This document shows, piece by piece, positions 49,521-62,612 of a stretch of 64,000 nucleotides of DNA. The stretch covers positions 11,842,001-11,906,000 of the forward strand of contig NC_043003.1 in the NCBI RefSeq assembly GCF_006345805.1, written 5' to 3'. The translations under genes and the position numbers were made by a program. Positions within the stretch are counted from its first letter, which is position 1; each line of letters starts with the position of its first letter. Under the pieces are notes generated by a model, which worked only from the letters and a program-made list of their open reading frames with translations, was not told the DNA's origin and made no database searches. The stretch is from Octopus sinensis. Its lineage: Eukaryota.

Positions 49521-49828
49521 TGTATTCCATGACATTTTCATTTGCCATGAAATATACGACGAGTAATCTGAAAGTTTGCTGTTTTTGTATGGTAGGGTGT
49601 AATGTGAAGAAGGTTTGGCTGCTTTTTCTAGGAGGTTCAGAAAGAGTGTAGAGAGGAACCGAATTTGGTTCGGAGGCGAACAATTTACCTGGAAATCGGA
49701 AATATTCAACGTTAGAGTTATTCGGCAATCCACCAATCAATCGTCGAAATTATCAACGCAAGCGGTTGATATGTCATTCTTAGTTACATTTTTTATATTC
49801 TTTATTGGGATGGGTGGCAAGTGGGGGA

Positions 49829-50480
49829 AGCAGCGAGCTGGCAGAATCGTTACCGTACCAAAACATTCTTCCAATTTTACATTCTGAGTTAGAATTCCAC
49901 TGAGGTCGACTTTATTTTCGTTCTTTTGGGGTTGATAAAATAAGTACCTTTTACACACTGGAGTTGATCAAACTGACTTATCCCCTACCCAGATATTGCT
50001 GACCATGTGCCAAAATTTGAAACTAATATTTTCAGACACTAAAGGGCGGCGAGCTGCCAGAAACGTTAGCACGCCGGGCGAAAGGCTGAGCGGTATTTCG
50101 TCTGCCGTAACGTTCTGAGTTCAAATTCCACCGCGGTCGAATTTTCCTTTCGTCCTTTCGGGGTCGATAAGTTAAGTACCAGTTACGCGCTGGAGTCGAT
50201 GTAATCGACTTAATCCCTTTGTCTGCCCTTGTTTGTCCCCTCTATGTTTAGCCCCTTGTGAGCAATAAAGAAATAAGATGCGTTAGCATGTCGGGCATAA
50301 TGTCCAGCGACATTTCCTCAGACAAACGTTCCGTATTCAAATTCGGCCGAGGGTGTCTTTACCTTTCATCCTTTCGGGGGTCGATAAAATAAGTTCCAGT
50401 TGAAAACTGGGGTCGCTGTAATTGACTTAACACCTCCCTCGAAATTGCTGGCCTTGTGCCAAAATTTGAAGTTGATATTA
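49829..50480 (+). mobile_element. Three tandem SINE-B/C copies of different divergence
   Basis: Heads near 49829, 50043 and 50280. Confidence 0.82.
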
Positions 50481-51028
50481 TTATAAGTTCTTCCACCTCC
50501 ACCATCGCTACTATGACAACGACTATTTACAACGACAACGGCAGTAGTAGTAGCAGCAGTAATAGTAGTAGCAGCAGCAGCAGTAGCAGCAGAAATATCT
50601 ATTTTTAAACTAAGTAGGTAAATTGTTGCTACAACACAGTAACAACTAAAATATATCAGGAAAAAACAAAAGAAAATATAAAAAAAGCATCGTCTTGTAT
50701 ATAATGTTGGCTACCCTTGGGTGGTTTAGAAAGTCAATTATTATCTTTAAATCATCATCACCAACACCACCAACGCCACCGGCATCGCCACCACCACCAC
50801 CATCTTCTTTCTTATTTTCTTTTCAACCAAGAACAATGAACATCCATGTTAGCCATTGTGTGTGAGTTCTTCCGGTTTGACTCAAAACGTTTATTGAAAA
50901 CAACTCATTGTTACTTCCGGAATGGCTGCTCTACGCTTTCTTTCTCCCGTGTTTTCTTCGCCTGTTTATTCTCCTTTTTTCTCCTTTTTCTATTTATTTA
51001 TTTATTCATTTCCTTCTTTCTTTCTATA

Positions 51029-51105
<77 letters not shown>

Positions 51106-51184
51106 TATCTGTCTATCTATTTCTCTCTTTTTCTCTTTCCTCCCTATATATATATATATGGGGAGGGGACAGAGAAAAAGAGAA

Positions 51185-51251
<67 letters not shown>

Positions 51252-51480
51252 TGTACGTATATAAATATTTATACACACACACATACATACGTACGTACGT
51301 AACGTATGCGTGTATGTATGTCTGTATGTATGTGTGTATGTATGTATGTATTGTGTATGTACGTATCTATCTATCTATCCCTATATATCTATATATCAAT
51401 TCTGCAGAAGACACGTTTCCTTGACAGATGTCGGTTTCTTTCTTTTTAGCCGAAGGAAAAACATTATGACGTAGATAGAT

Positions 51481-51531
<51 letters not shown>

Positions 51532-51594
51532 ATATAGAGAGAGAGGAGAGAGAGAGAGGAGAGAGAGAGAGAGAGGAGAAATATAAATATATAT

Positions 51595-51637
<43 letters not shown>

Positions 51638-51665
51638 TGTGTATGTACGTATCTATCTATCTATC

Positions 51666-51696
<31 letters not shown>

Positions 51697-51747
51697 ATCT
51701 ATCTATCTATCTATCCCTATATATCTATATATATATATATAATATAT

Positions 51748-51794
<47 letters not shown>

Positions 51795-51823
51795 TATATA
51801 TATATAATATATATATATATATA

Positions 51824-51926
<103 letters not shown>

Positions 51927-52379
51927 AGCAGATGTGGTGGGAGAGATGAGATAATGATAAGAATATTTAAAATGTTAAAATAATTGTTGAATAGATTCGG
52001 AAACATTAATAAATAAAATGATAAAAGAAAAAAAAACAATGAGTGAAGAAAAAAATGGAGGTGGAAATGGTAGAGAGGCGGGATACTAGAAAGAATAAGA
52101 CTAAGGAATATGTCATCCATAAAAAGACAAGGAATCAAGAGGAGGAGGGGGTCTAGGAAGGAAGGATGGTGTGTACCATACTGATTGGCACAAGGATGCA
52201 CATTTGAAGGAAACGGGCCGGTACACGTGGTTAAATTGACAAATAAATATTTTACCGACCTCGAGAGTAGGAAAGATAATTTCGATTTGCATAAGAATTT
52301 GAACTCAACTCATAACGTAAATAAAATGCTATTTAGCATTGCAAGTAAAAACGATTTCAAATTTTAGTACAAGGCCAGC

Positions 52380-52600
52380 ACTACTTCTGCTCGTGATCAG
52401 AGATGCACATATCGTCAGCCACTAAGGGACTTGCTCAACTGGTTACGGTCAAGCAACTAACAAGAAAATCTGTGGTATTGAGCAGAATATTTGCTGTTGC
52501 CCATCTTTTATACCAAGACAAGACTATATACATGATAACACTTCCAATCAGTTAAGATGAGAAGCCATGAGAGCCACTGCCTAGTACTACATCAAGCCAA
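52380..52600 (-). mobile_element. Family E upstream portion adjoining (ATT)n
   Basis: GATCAGAGAT..ATATCGTCAG...AATCTGTGGTATTGAG.AGAATATTTGCTG shared with 33740-33838; (ATT)n 52590-52700. Confidence 0.7.
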
Positions 52601-52702
<102 letters not shown>

Positions 52703-53105
52703 ATCAGTGAGTTGCCAGAACCGTTAGCACGTAGTATTTCGTCCGTCCTTACGTTCTGAGTTCAAATTCCGTCGAGGTAGACTTTATCTTTCATCCTTTC
52801 GGGGTCGATAGATTAAGTACCAGTGAAACACTGGGAGTTATGTACCCGACTAGTCCCCTCCCCCAAAATTTCAGTCCTTGTGCCTTTAGTAGAAAGGATT
52901 GGCAGAAAACGTTAGCATGCCGGGCGAAATGCTTCGCAGTATTTCGTCTGCCTTTGTGTTCTGAGTTCAAATTCTGCCGAGGTAGACTTTGTCTTTCATC
53001 CTTTCGGGGTCGATAGATTAAGTACCAGTGAAACACCGAGGTTGATGTAATTGACTAGAAACCTCCCCCAAATTTTCAGGCCTTGTGCCTTTAGTAGAAA
53101 GGATT
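52703..53105 (+). mobile_element. Two tandem SINE-C copies
   Basis: Core and C tail twice. Confidence 0.85.
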
Positions 53106-53221
53106 GTTATTGTTATCATAAGGGACCACTTAGCTTAATGGTACAAAGCTTTCAGCCGGAATTTTGTAAGTAGAGGGTTCGATTCGCGGGAGCAGCGTGC
53201 TTATCTTTTAAGTTGTTTTAT

Positions 53222-53645
53222 AGGAGCAGGAGTGGATGTGTGGTAAGTAGCTTCCGTACTAACCACATGGTTCCGGGTTCAGTCCCACTGCGTGGCAGCT
53301 TGGGCAAGTGTCTCCTACTATAGCTTTGGACTAACCAAAGCCTTGTGAGTGGATTTGGTAGACGGAAACTGAAAGGAGCCCGTCGTATATATGTATATAT
53401 ATATATATGTATGTATGTATGTACATGTGTATATGCTTGTCTATGTTTGTCCCCCCCCCCACCATCACTTGACAACCGATGTTGGCGTGTCTATGTCCCC
53501 GTAACCTAGCGGTTCGGCAAAAGAGACCTATTGAAAAAGTGCTAGGTTTACAAAGAATAAGTCTTGGGGTCGATTTGTTTGACTAAAGGCGGTACTCCAG
53601 CATGGCCGCAGTCAAATGACTGAAACAAATAGAAGAATAAAAGAA
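53222..53645 (+). mobile_element. SINE-A, full length
   Basis: All modules. Confidence 0.9.
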
Positions 53646-54576
53646 TATATATATGTGTGTATGAGAGTGTATGTGTGTGTGTGTGTATGTGTGGATGTAG
53701 ATAAACAGCCGACAACTGATGAAGGGTCATTCTTTATGTTACCTGTCTTGTTGTCCATGTGTTTCTTTCGTTGTTCGCAAAAAAGTATATGCGTATATAC
53801 ATATATATCATTTATACTATTATATGATTGAACGCCACGCATCCATTTCCAAGTAAGTTTATCTTTATGTATGTATGTATTATGTATGTATGTATGTATG
53901 AATATAATACATTAAAAGTGAAGTTCAATCTTGCTTGTATACTTGCAATGTTACACATCCAAACTGGCGCATAATGGGAAAATACTTTGAAAGTAAAAAA
54001 AGCCCCCGAAATGTGAATATACGAACGGAATAAAACATGTTTCGCGTAAATTGGACCAGTAGTTATTTAGATATTTACAGTTTGGGGATATAAATGCCCA
54101 AAATGGTGCATAATGGGAAAATACTCCGTAAATTATTTAAACCTGAAAGGGAAGAAAATCTAACCTTTCTATTAGACACATTATGATGGGAAAATATTTT
54201 CAAGTGAAAATGACTTTAAAAATATGGTAAATATTTCGTAAAAGACCCGATCGTAATCTCGGTGTGAAATAGTTTATTTTCCATAGGTTTCTTTCGAGTG
54301 CATTAAATGTATCTAAACCTCCAAAATTTGGCTGCTATTTCTTGCATGACCTGCTACCACGTAACGGCTATTTGTGATAAAAGACCCGAAATACCTGTTA
54401 CGTGGGAGCAGCCAAATCTTTCTTTTTCTGGGGAAACGAACCGTTAATGCGTGATTTCGATATCACGTTCGTTGAAAGCATGCGAAATAACATGGAAAAG
54501 AAAAACCCACAAAACAAAAATCCTTTGCTGGGAAACTCAGACTTCTCCGGTGCCCCAACGGGTCAGGTGTAGTCTA

Positions 54577-54611
<35 letters not shown>

Positions 54612-54639
54612 TGTATGTATGTGTGTATGTATAAGTAAA

Positions 54640-54810
54640 TTTTAAAAACAACGAAGAACAAATACAAGGAAAAGCAATAACGTTCAGGCAAGGAAAGAAA
54701 GGTAGTTTAACACTTCGAGCAAAGCTCTTCGTCAGAAACAGGAGATGGAGGAAAGTCCAAGAGAAAAAGGAAGACGGAAGAAAAAACATCGCCAACGATC
54801 CACACACACA
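54640..54810 (-). mobile_element. Family F copy with mutated hammerhead
   Basis: CTGACGA-AGAGCTTTGCTC-GAAGTG; GAAAC altered. Confidence 0.6.
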
Positions 54811-55992
54811 CACACACACATTACTATATTACACTTAAAATATGTCGTGTTAAGTGCTCGAAATTAACGTGCGTAAATGCAAGTTGTTTGTTTATAAGCG
54901 ACAGTCACGGAGGAATCAAACATTATTGCTCCGTTTCAAATGATTATAATATATTTTTGACATGCAAACTGTGTTTATTTATGTCTGTTGTGACATAAAT
55001 AAACACTATTGTTTTATGATCTCCTCGGTATAGCAGAATCACACATAAAACATCTGAAAGTAATTTATCAGCTTTTTATTGTAGGCTTGTGTCCGTTAAA
55101 TATTGTAAAAGGAACATTTAAATCGCTTTTTCAGTTTATGATGAGGATGTTCTCTCATGTCTGTTGCTAAGAATGTAAGAAAATTCGTTGTTGATTTATC
55201 AAAATACGGAATGCTATGAAAAAAGTGTGAACCCCTAGACCTTACTTTCTCGAGTTCTAGGACTCATAGGGCCAGTTACTCGCTTTCATGACGTATAAGT
55301 GACCGAAATAACAATATTTTCTTCTGTACAGGACATCAATCCGCCATGGAGTTGGTATTTAAACGGCTAAGAAAACCGGTGCAATGTGAAATGAGGAAAA
55401 TAACGCACGCCCGGTCTGGTAATTGAAACCACCATCATGCGCTTGTGTGTGCAACACCCTAACCACTAAGCCATGCGCCTTTGGAAAAATTGTAAATAAA
55501 AGAAACTCTGGGTAAGAGAAAAGATGAAAAAGTCTGCAAATCGAGAAAAACAAAATCGGCAAAATATCGGAGATTGTACATATATTTTTTCCTCTGAAAA
55601 GTATAAGATGTTCGCATCATTAGAAGATGGTCCTCTGGAAACGTGTTCCCGCCCTTCGGTCCAGAAAGTGGAGACGATACCCAAGTCGTTAGAGTTACAT
55701 CTGACGTAGAATCTTATAAAAACTTACTTGTACCTTCTTTCGGTCTAGGGGCTTATGACAATATCCTGGGGCTGCTGCAGCTGGTTGTTGAGATGATGGA
55801 AGTGGGGCCCACAACACGCGGTCACTTCAGAAGATTGTCGTCTAAGAAACGAAGATTACACAGTAGCAATGTATAAGATTATTCACGTACATACGGAGAA
55901 ATACCTGACAGATTCACACACGCACCGTAAAACCTGTAACATCTAAACTCATACGTGTATATATATATGTATAGGCGTATATATGTATTAAT

Positions 55993-56158
55993 AGGCGTGG
56001 GAGTGGCTGTGTGGTAAGTTGCTTGCTTACCAACAACATGGTTCCGGGTTCAGTTCCACTGCGTGGCACCTTGTGCAAGTGTCTTCTACTATAGCCTCGG
56101 GCCGACCAAAGCCTTGTGAGTGGATTTGGTAGCTGGAAACTGAAAGAAGCCCATCGTA

Positions 56159-56195
<37 letters not shown>

Positions 56196-56390
56196 TTGTG
56201 TGTTTGTGTTTGTCCCCACAACATCACTTGAAAACCGATGCTGGTGTGTTTACGTCCCCGTAACTTAGTGGTTCGACAAAAGCGACCGATAGAATAAGTA
56301 CTAGGCTTACAAAAAATAAGTCCTGGGGTCGATTTGCTCGATTAAAGGCGATGTTCCAGCGTGGCCACAGTCAAATGACTGAAACAAGTA
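55993..56390 (+). mobile_element. SINE-A, full length
   Basis: All modules. Confidence 0.9.
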
Positions 56391-56414
56391 ATATATATAT
56401 ATGTATATATATAT

Positions 56415-56447
<33 letters not shown>

Positions 56448-56450
<3 letters not shown>

Positions 56451-56600
56451 TCAATTCAAATAATCAAATGAAAAACAGAATAAAAACGGACAACATGAGG
56501 ACGTGCACAAGAAATGTATTAGTTTGACGCACGGTGAAAGGAGAGAGTTTGACGTTTCGAGCATAGCTATTTGTCGGAAAGGAGAAAAGGAAATATCTAT
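56448..56600 (-). mobile_element. Family F copy with mutated hammerhead
   Basis: CCGACAA-ATAGCTATGCTC-GAAACGTC; 5' core altered. Confidence 0.55.
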
Positions 56601-56780
56601 GAAATAAAAAAAATTCCAAACTTTTCGCTTCCCTCTCCGTTCCAGTCACCTAAAGGCTTCTCTTTCATTAACTAAAAAATAGAGGAATTTAATCGTTCTC
56701 TGACCGACGTTTGCAAGAGAGTCATGGAATGGTGCTCACTTGGATTTTAAACTGTTTTGAAATGTTTGATTCGTACATAT

Positions 56781-56870
56781 ATTCACCTGATGAAAACGGT
56801 ATTTTTTCGCATGATGTAATAATTCTATTCATCAATAAAAATCACGTCCGAAACAGCTGTAATGAGTGAA
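56781..56870 (+). ncRNA. Degenerate type I hammerhead motif
   Basis: CTGATGA at 56787 and GAAAC-AGCT-GTA at 56850; stem I and closing stem II pairs imperfect. Confidence 0.5.
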
Positions 56871-57961
56871 CAACAATTTATCTGTTGTCATTTGCTTATA
56901 CACAGAAATGTACACTCACACACACACACACACACAAAATTTACACACTCACATATATACAGGACGCGATGGGTAAATTATCGCTATTTTATATTTTTAA
57001 TCTCGTGATTGTTAAACGAAATACGGTGTCCCTACCAGCAATCGATATGTAATACAATAGGAATATTTTTTGTGCTAATTCAAACAACACTGGAAAGAAA
57101 CGAACGAATTTATCTGACAACCCTATGTAGATAACTCAAGTAAAAGATTTGAGCAGTTTAAAAGTGTTGCTTCGAAATTTAGCGCTTAGGGTCCAAAACA
57201 TTTTGTTAACGTAATGTGAACAAATTAGAATTTTTTCGTCCTTACGCATTCAAAGGCCATCAGCACTTAAACCGGAAGCCTATGTGTTCCTCATTTATTC
57301 AAATATATATACAAAGAAATAATTAAAACTTGCAGTATGGCAAATTCCATTGTTGTGAAGCTGACTATTGACAATGTATTTAAATCTATGATCCCAAATG
57401 AGGTGCATTATGTTTGGTGTAACTTGTCGTCATTGGAGCACATTTTTCCTAAAATTTCTAATAACGAGCAAAGTTGGGGAACGGACCTTGAGCAAGTTTA
57501 AGTTTATAAAGTTCTATAAGGGTCGATGATGGATTGTCTGAGTTACATGTACTCTCCATTGGAAGACAGTTGACTACTTACGTGGTAAACAATAAGTAAA
57601 TTGTAGTAAACTCGCTCCAATCCGGCACTCAAATAACCGGAACTGTCAAACAACCTGCACCCAGAAAAAAAAACAGAAAAGACAAATGTGTCGTTAATTA
57701 GAATCAAGAGAATTTGTACAAATTTCTATTAATTAATTAACTGTCATCAAAGGAATGTTCTCACGGAGTCTAAAAATGGCTCATTGCTTCTCAAAAATAC
57801 AGTACATTTTATTTTACTGGGTTTACGATACTTGTATTTCCTTTGGTTAATAAAACTTGTTCTGAAATTATATTTTTAGTTCTTCCTATTTCTATCTTTT
57901 TTAGAATCTTAATGATAATACGGATGTGTATATATAGATAGTTTTAATGAGTTTCGTAAGG

Positions 57962-58380
57962 AACTAAGCACAGCAGTGGCTGCATGGTAAGGAGTTTGCT
58001 TCCCAACCACACGAATCCGGGTTCCATCCCATTGCGTAGCACGTTGAGCAAGTGTCTCCTACTATAGTCTCTGGCTAACCAAAGCCTTCTGAGTGGATTT
58101 GATAGACGGAAACTGGAAGGAACCCGTCGTATATATATATGAAGTGGGTGTGTGGTAAGTAGCTTGTTTAGTAGCCACTTGTTTGTGTGTCTGTGTTTGT
58201 CCAACCACTATCGCCTGACAACCGATGTTGGTATGTTTACGTCCCCGCAGCTTAGCGGTTCGGTAAAAGAAACTGATAGAATAAGTACTAGGCTTACATA
58301 GAATGAGTCCTGGCATCCATTTGTTCAACTAAAGGCGGTGGTCCAGCATGGCAGCAGTTAAATCACTGAAACAAATAAAA
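57962..58380 (+). mobile_element. SINE-A, diverged, with a second head fragment inside the tract
   Basis: GTGTGGTAAGTAGCTTG recurs at about 58150. Confidence 0.82.
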
Positions 58381-58395
58381 AAATATATATATATA

Positions 58396-58426
<31 letters not shown>

Positions 58427-58451
58427 ATATATTATATATATATATATATAT

Positions 58452-58516
<65 letters not shown>

Positions 58517-58682
58517 ATATTTATAAGACGATAAGAAAATGAAGAAATAAATAACAATGAGAAGTTGATCTTCGGTGTTATAAAGCCATTGTTTAATTAA
58601 TTCAGATGAGATTATGTTAGAGTAAGCTTACAGCTGTTTCAGTATATCATGCTGGGTTAAATTCGCATTTACCTCGTTGTAA

Positions 58683-60025
58683 TTGATAGACATCATCGGA
58701 ACGACTAAAATATGGTCCAACACCTGTGAAGTCCTAAACTGGTTCTCCAAAATACAGAACAAGAACTACAAGTTCCTAAAAATATACATAGAAGATTACT
58801 ACTTATCTATTAACCCTACGATCCTTAATAGCGCTCTTATCTTCGCCAAAAATCATACCGAACTAACAATGAATAAAGAAGCGAGAAAATCCATAATAAA
58901 TTTCGATAAGAAACTATGGGTAAAGAAAGACACCCCTGATAAATTCGATATTACCATGGGAGCCTCGGATTCAGCACAGATAACTGACTTAGTACGTATT
59001 TGCTTATTAGCATATTTACAGGAAGAATTTCCAGAAATAAGGGTTGGGCTATACAGGAATGACGCACTATTTATACTGAAAAACGTCTCAAATAGGAGAT
59101 CAGAACTGATTAAGAAAAAGTTATATAATTTTTTTTAATAATTTGGCCTAACTATTACTATACAAAAGGAATATAATTCTATAAACTACTTAAGCGCTAA
59201 CTGCGACCTAGCCAGGGGAACTACATGAACCCTACATTAAACCAAATACAAACCTTAAATATATAAACGCATCGAGTAACCATCCGAACTTTATTAAAGG
59301 AGGACTAGTACAAATCATCAGCAAAAGAATTTCTCGCCTTTCTTCCAACCAGGAATTCTACAATAGCGCTTTAGTAAAAGCAGGCTATAAGCAAAAAACC
59401 AAATGCCTAGACCTAGAACACGAACACTATACAAATATCCGCAATAACATAAATGCCCTAGACAATTATGATAACAGCGACTACACTCCAAATGACACTA
59501 ACAACCATAACAACAATATGAACAACATTAACAAGATTGATAGTAATAATAACAAAAAAAAAATCAGTAGGAATAATGATAAGGTTCATACTAAGATAAC
59601 TAACAACATTTAAAATGATAACAAAACTAGTACCAGCAGTGTGAAAATTAATAATATTAAGAATACTAATATGACTAATAATAATAAAAATTTAAATATT
59701 AATAATAATAAAAATAACGAACCACCAAAGACCCCAATATAACCCCAGTTTAGAATGATAATACCAGGCTATATAAATTAAATAAACCGTACATAAATAA
59801 CCCTAATAAAACTGATAGTAATAATGATAAAAATTAATATGGGCGTAGGAGTGGCTGTGTGGTAAGTAGCTTGCTTACCAACTACATGGTTCCGGGTTCA
59901 GTCCCACTGCGTGGCACCTTAGGTAAGTGTCTTCTACTATAGTCTCGGGCCGACCAAAGCCTTGTGAGTGGATTTGGTAGAGGGAAACTGAAAGAAGCCC
60001 GTCGTATATATGTATATATATATAT

Positions 60026-60070
<45 letters not shown>

Positions 60071-60870
60071 TGGTGTGTGCGTGTGTGTGTGTGTGAGTGT
60101 ATGTGTGTGTGTGTGTGTGTGTGTATGTTTGTGTGTCTGTATTTGTCCCCCCAACATAGCTTGACAACCGATGCTGGTGTGCTTATGTCCCCGTAACTAG
60201 CGGTTCGGCAAAAGAGACCGATAGAATAAGTAGTAGGCTTACAAAGAATAAGTTGTGGGGTCGATGTGCTCGACTAAAGGCGGTGCTCCAGCATGGCCAC
60301 AGTCAAATAACTGAAACAAGTAAAAGAGAGAGTAAGAGTATAGAGAGAAATATAATAATCATAACCATAACTCAACACTCTACAGGAATACCGAGGATAG
60401 TTTCTACACCAATAATAATAATATTAAAAATAAACGAAATAGCGATAATATCTGGTTAATAATCTCTTTCGCGATGCAGCTTAAAGCAAACATAGTTCAA
60501 TCCATAATGAGACTTATAGATAAGCACTTGAACTTAAATAACAAATACTCAGAAATCTTTAAGAATAAAATTAGAGTAGGCCATAGCTTAACTAATAACC
60601 TGGCCACTATCATAGCTTCGATCAACAATAAGCTAGAAGCCTTCTATTAAACTAGGGAAAATAACAACATAAAACATAGCAACCAATCGACAGATATAAT
60701 AAATGCCAGCCTTAATAACTCGCCCTCAAATAACACGGACAACGAACTGATAAATAATAACCCCGCTCAACACAACATACGCACAGATAAACTTAATAAT
60801 TTATGTGGCTGCAGAGATAAAAACAAGTGTCAATTCTCCAATATTTGTAAAGCTAGCACCAGATGTTAGA
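58683..60870 (+). pseudogene. Penelope-like RT/linker pseudogene (Nematis-like by inference); GIY-YIG region not seen
   Basis: WSNTCEVLNWF, IEDYYLSI, LWVKK..FDITMG, GLYRNDAL (catalytic DD changed to ND), PYIKPN..YINASSNHP, NIW...IDKHL...KIRVGHS, CGCRDKNKC; stops, frameshifts and a SINE insertion. Confidence 0.85.
59841..60337 (+). mobile_element. SINE-A inserted into the Penelope-like linker
   Basis: Full-length copy; Asn-rich linker sequence continues on both sides. Confidence 0.92.
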
Positions 60871-61073
60871 ACCTACGGACACGTGAAAGTCATGTTAATA
60901 ACTAATTATGAGACCGTAGATTCAACTCGCTCTCTTCTCGTCTCTCCTATAACTAATTTATTGAACTTTGAACCTCACTAAAATGTGGGACTATCGAATT
61001 ATTGAACATTTTCATTTTCCTGTTTTTTCCCTTACACTTTCTCTCTATTCTCCTTCTGTTTATCTTTGCCTTT

Positions 61074-61137
61074 TAGTCGTTCTGATGATATCTATCAATT
61101 GCAACGAGGTAAATGCTGAAACAGCTGTAAACTTACT
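61074..61137 (+). ncRNA. Hammerhead motif in Penelope-like terminal repeat (stem II deleted in this copy)
   Basis: CTGATGA at 61082, GAAAC-AGCT-GTA at 61118; inverted copy at 58630-58702 keeps 23 extra nt but has CCGATGA. Confidence 0.6.
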
Positions 61138-61384
61138 CTGACATACTCTCATCTTAATTAATTAAATAATGGCTTTATAACACCAGAGATCCACTTCTAA
61201 ATGTTATTTATTTCTCCATTTTCTTATTGTCTTTATTACATTAAACTACGGTTTACCTTTTAAATTACCTACTACCGTGTACCTTATAACAAGGACCATA
61301 CATACTAAGATAATTACCAGGATACCTCTATCTCTTAGATGGTCTTAATACCTCTAACTTATATCTTATATATGTGTATGTATA

Positions 61385-61448
<64 letters not shown>

Positions 61449-61469
61449 AAGTAGTTAGGAAGGTGTTAG

Positions 61470-61705
61470 GATGTGTGTGTGTGTTTACGTCTCTGTTTGT
61501 CACCCACCACCGCTTGACAACTGGTGCTGGTGTGTTTACGTCCCCGTAACCAAGTGGTTCGGCAAAAAGGCTGATAGAATAAGTACCAGGCTTTAAAAAA
61601 AAAAACTAAGCTCTAGAATCGATTTATTCGTCTACAAAACTTCTTCAAGTTGGTGCCCCAGCTTGGCCGCAGTCTAATGACTGGAACAGGTAAAAGATAA
61701 AAGAT
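61470..61705 (+). mobile_element. SINE-A 3' half
   Basis: (TG)n followed by 3' body and tail. Confidence 0.78.
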
Positions 61706-61825
61706 TACGAAACCCTATTTGATGGCATTTGAAATACACATTTTCTGGCAAAAAAAAATGTCTCCAAAAAATAACCAAATCACTGTGGCCCCTACATACA
61801 AAATTTGGCCTATAATATTTTCTAC

Positions 61826-62378
61826 TCTAGGCACAGGGCCCGAAATTTTGATGGGAGGGAGCCAGTCGATTTTATCGACCCCAGTACGCAACTGGTATTT
61901 AATTTATCGACCCCAGAAAACAAAGTCGACTTCGGTGGAATTTGAACTTAGAACGTCGACAGACGAAATACCTATTTCTTTACTACCCACAAGGGGCTAA
62001 ACACAGAAGAGACAAACAAGGACAGACAAACAGATTAAATCGATTATATCGACCCCAGTACGTAACTGGTACTTATTTAATCGACCCTGAAAAGATAAAA
62101 CGCTAAGTCGACCTCGGCGGAATTTGAACTCAGAACGTAACGGCATGCGAAATACCTATTTCTTTACTACCCACAAGGGGCTAAACACATAGAAGACAAA
62201 CAAGGACAGACAAACGGATTAAGTCGATTACATCGACCCCAGTGCGTAACTAGTACTTAATTTATCGACCCCGAAAAGATGAAAGGCAAAGTCGACCTCG
62301 GCGGAATTTGAACTCAGAACGTAACGGCAGACGAAATACCGCTAAGCATTTTGCACTGCGTGCTAACGTTTCTGCTAC
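61826..62378 (-). mobile_element. SINE-B/C trimer
   Basis: Head, two B units, terminal unit with C tail. Confidence 0.9.
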
Positions 62379-62534
62379 CTCCACGTCTTGAGATTGTTTC
62401 TATATTCTTTTCTACTTTAATACATTAAAAACCTTTTTTTTTTTTTCTGAATATGCGTAGCTGAAATTAGGATGCGACTAATATGTCTCTGCACCTTTTA
62501 TGCCATCAAACACGGTAATTTAAAAATGTGATGA

Positions 62535-62612
62535 TCAGATATCCGGAAAATTCAGTTATCCAGCAACCCTCCGGTCCTTCTGGTGTCGGATAGTTGGGAG
62601 TTTACAATATAC
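62535..62612 (-). mobile_element. Possible pogo/Tigger-type MITE end fragment
   Basis: TAAACTCCCAACTATCCGAC...GGATAACTGAATTTTCCGGATA resembles such termini; no partner TIR found. Confidence 0.3.

Larger units (their letters stand above)
58511..61245 (+). mobile_element. Decayed Penelope-like element, 5'-truncated, with inverted terminal repeat copy
   Basis: RT and linker motifs on +; 58511-58710 is the reverse complement of about 61072-61240; hammerhead motif in the repeat. Confidence 0.88.

Noticed and set aside
49326-49887. ORFs of 90-136 codons overlapping 49326-49887
   Set aside because: Largely read-through of SINE-A and SINE-B sequence, with no recognisable domain.
55643-55876. NIDO-domain N-terminus (F.PFG.E.GD...L.VP)
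   Set aside because: The resemblance is limited to a few residues and the following YVNNNG-type motif is absent.
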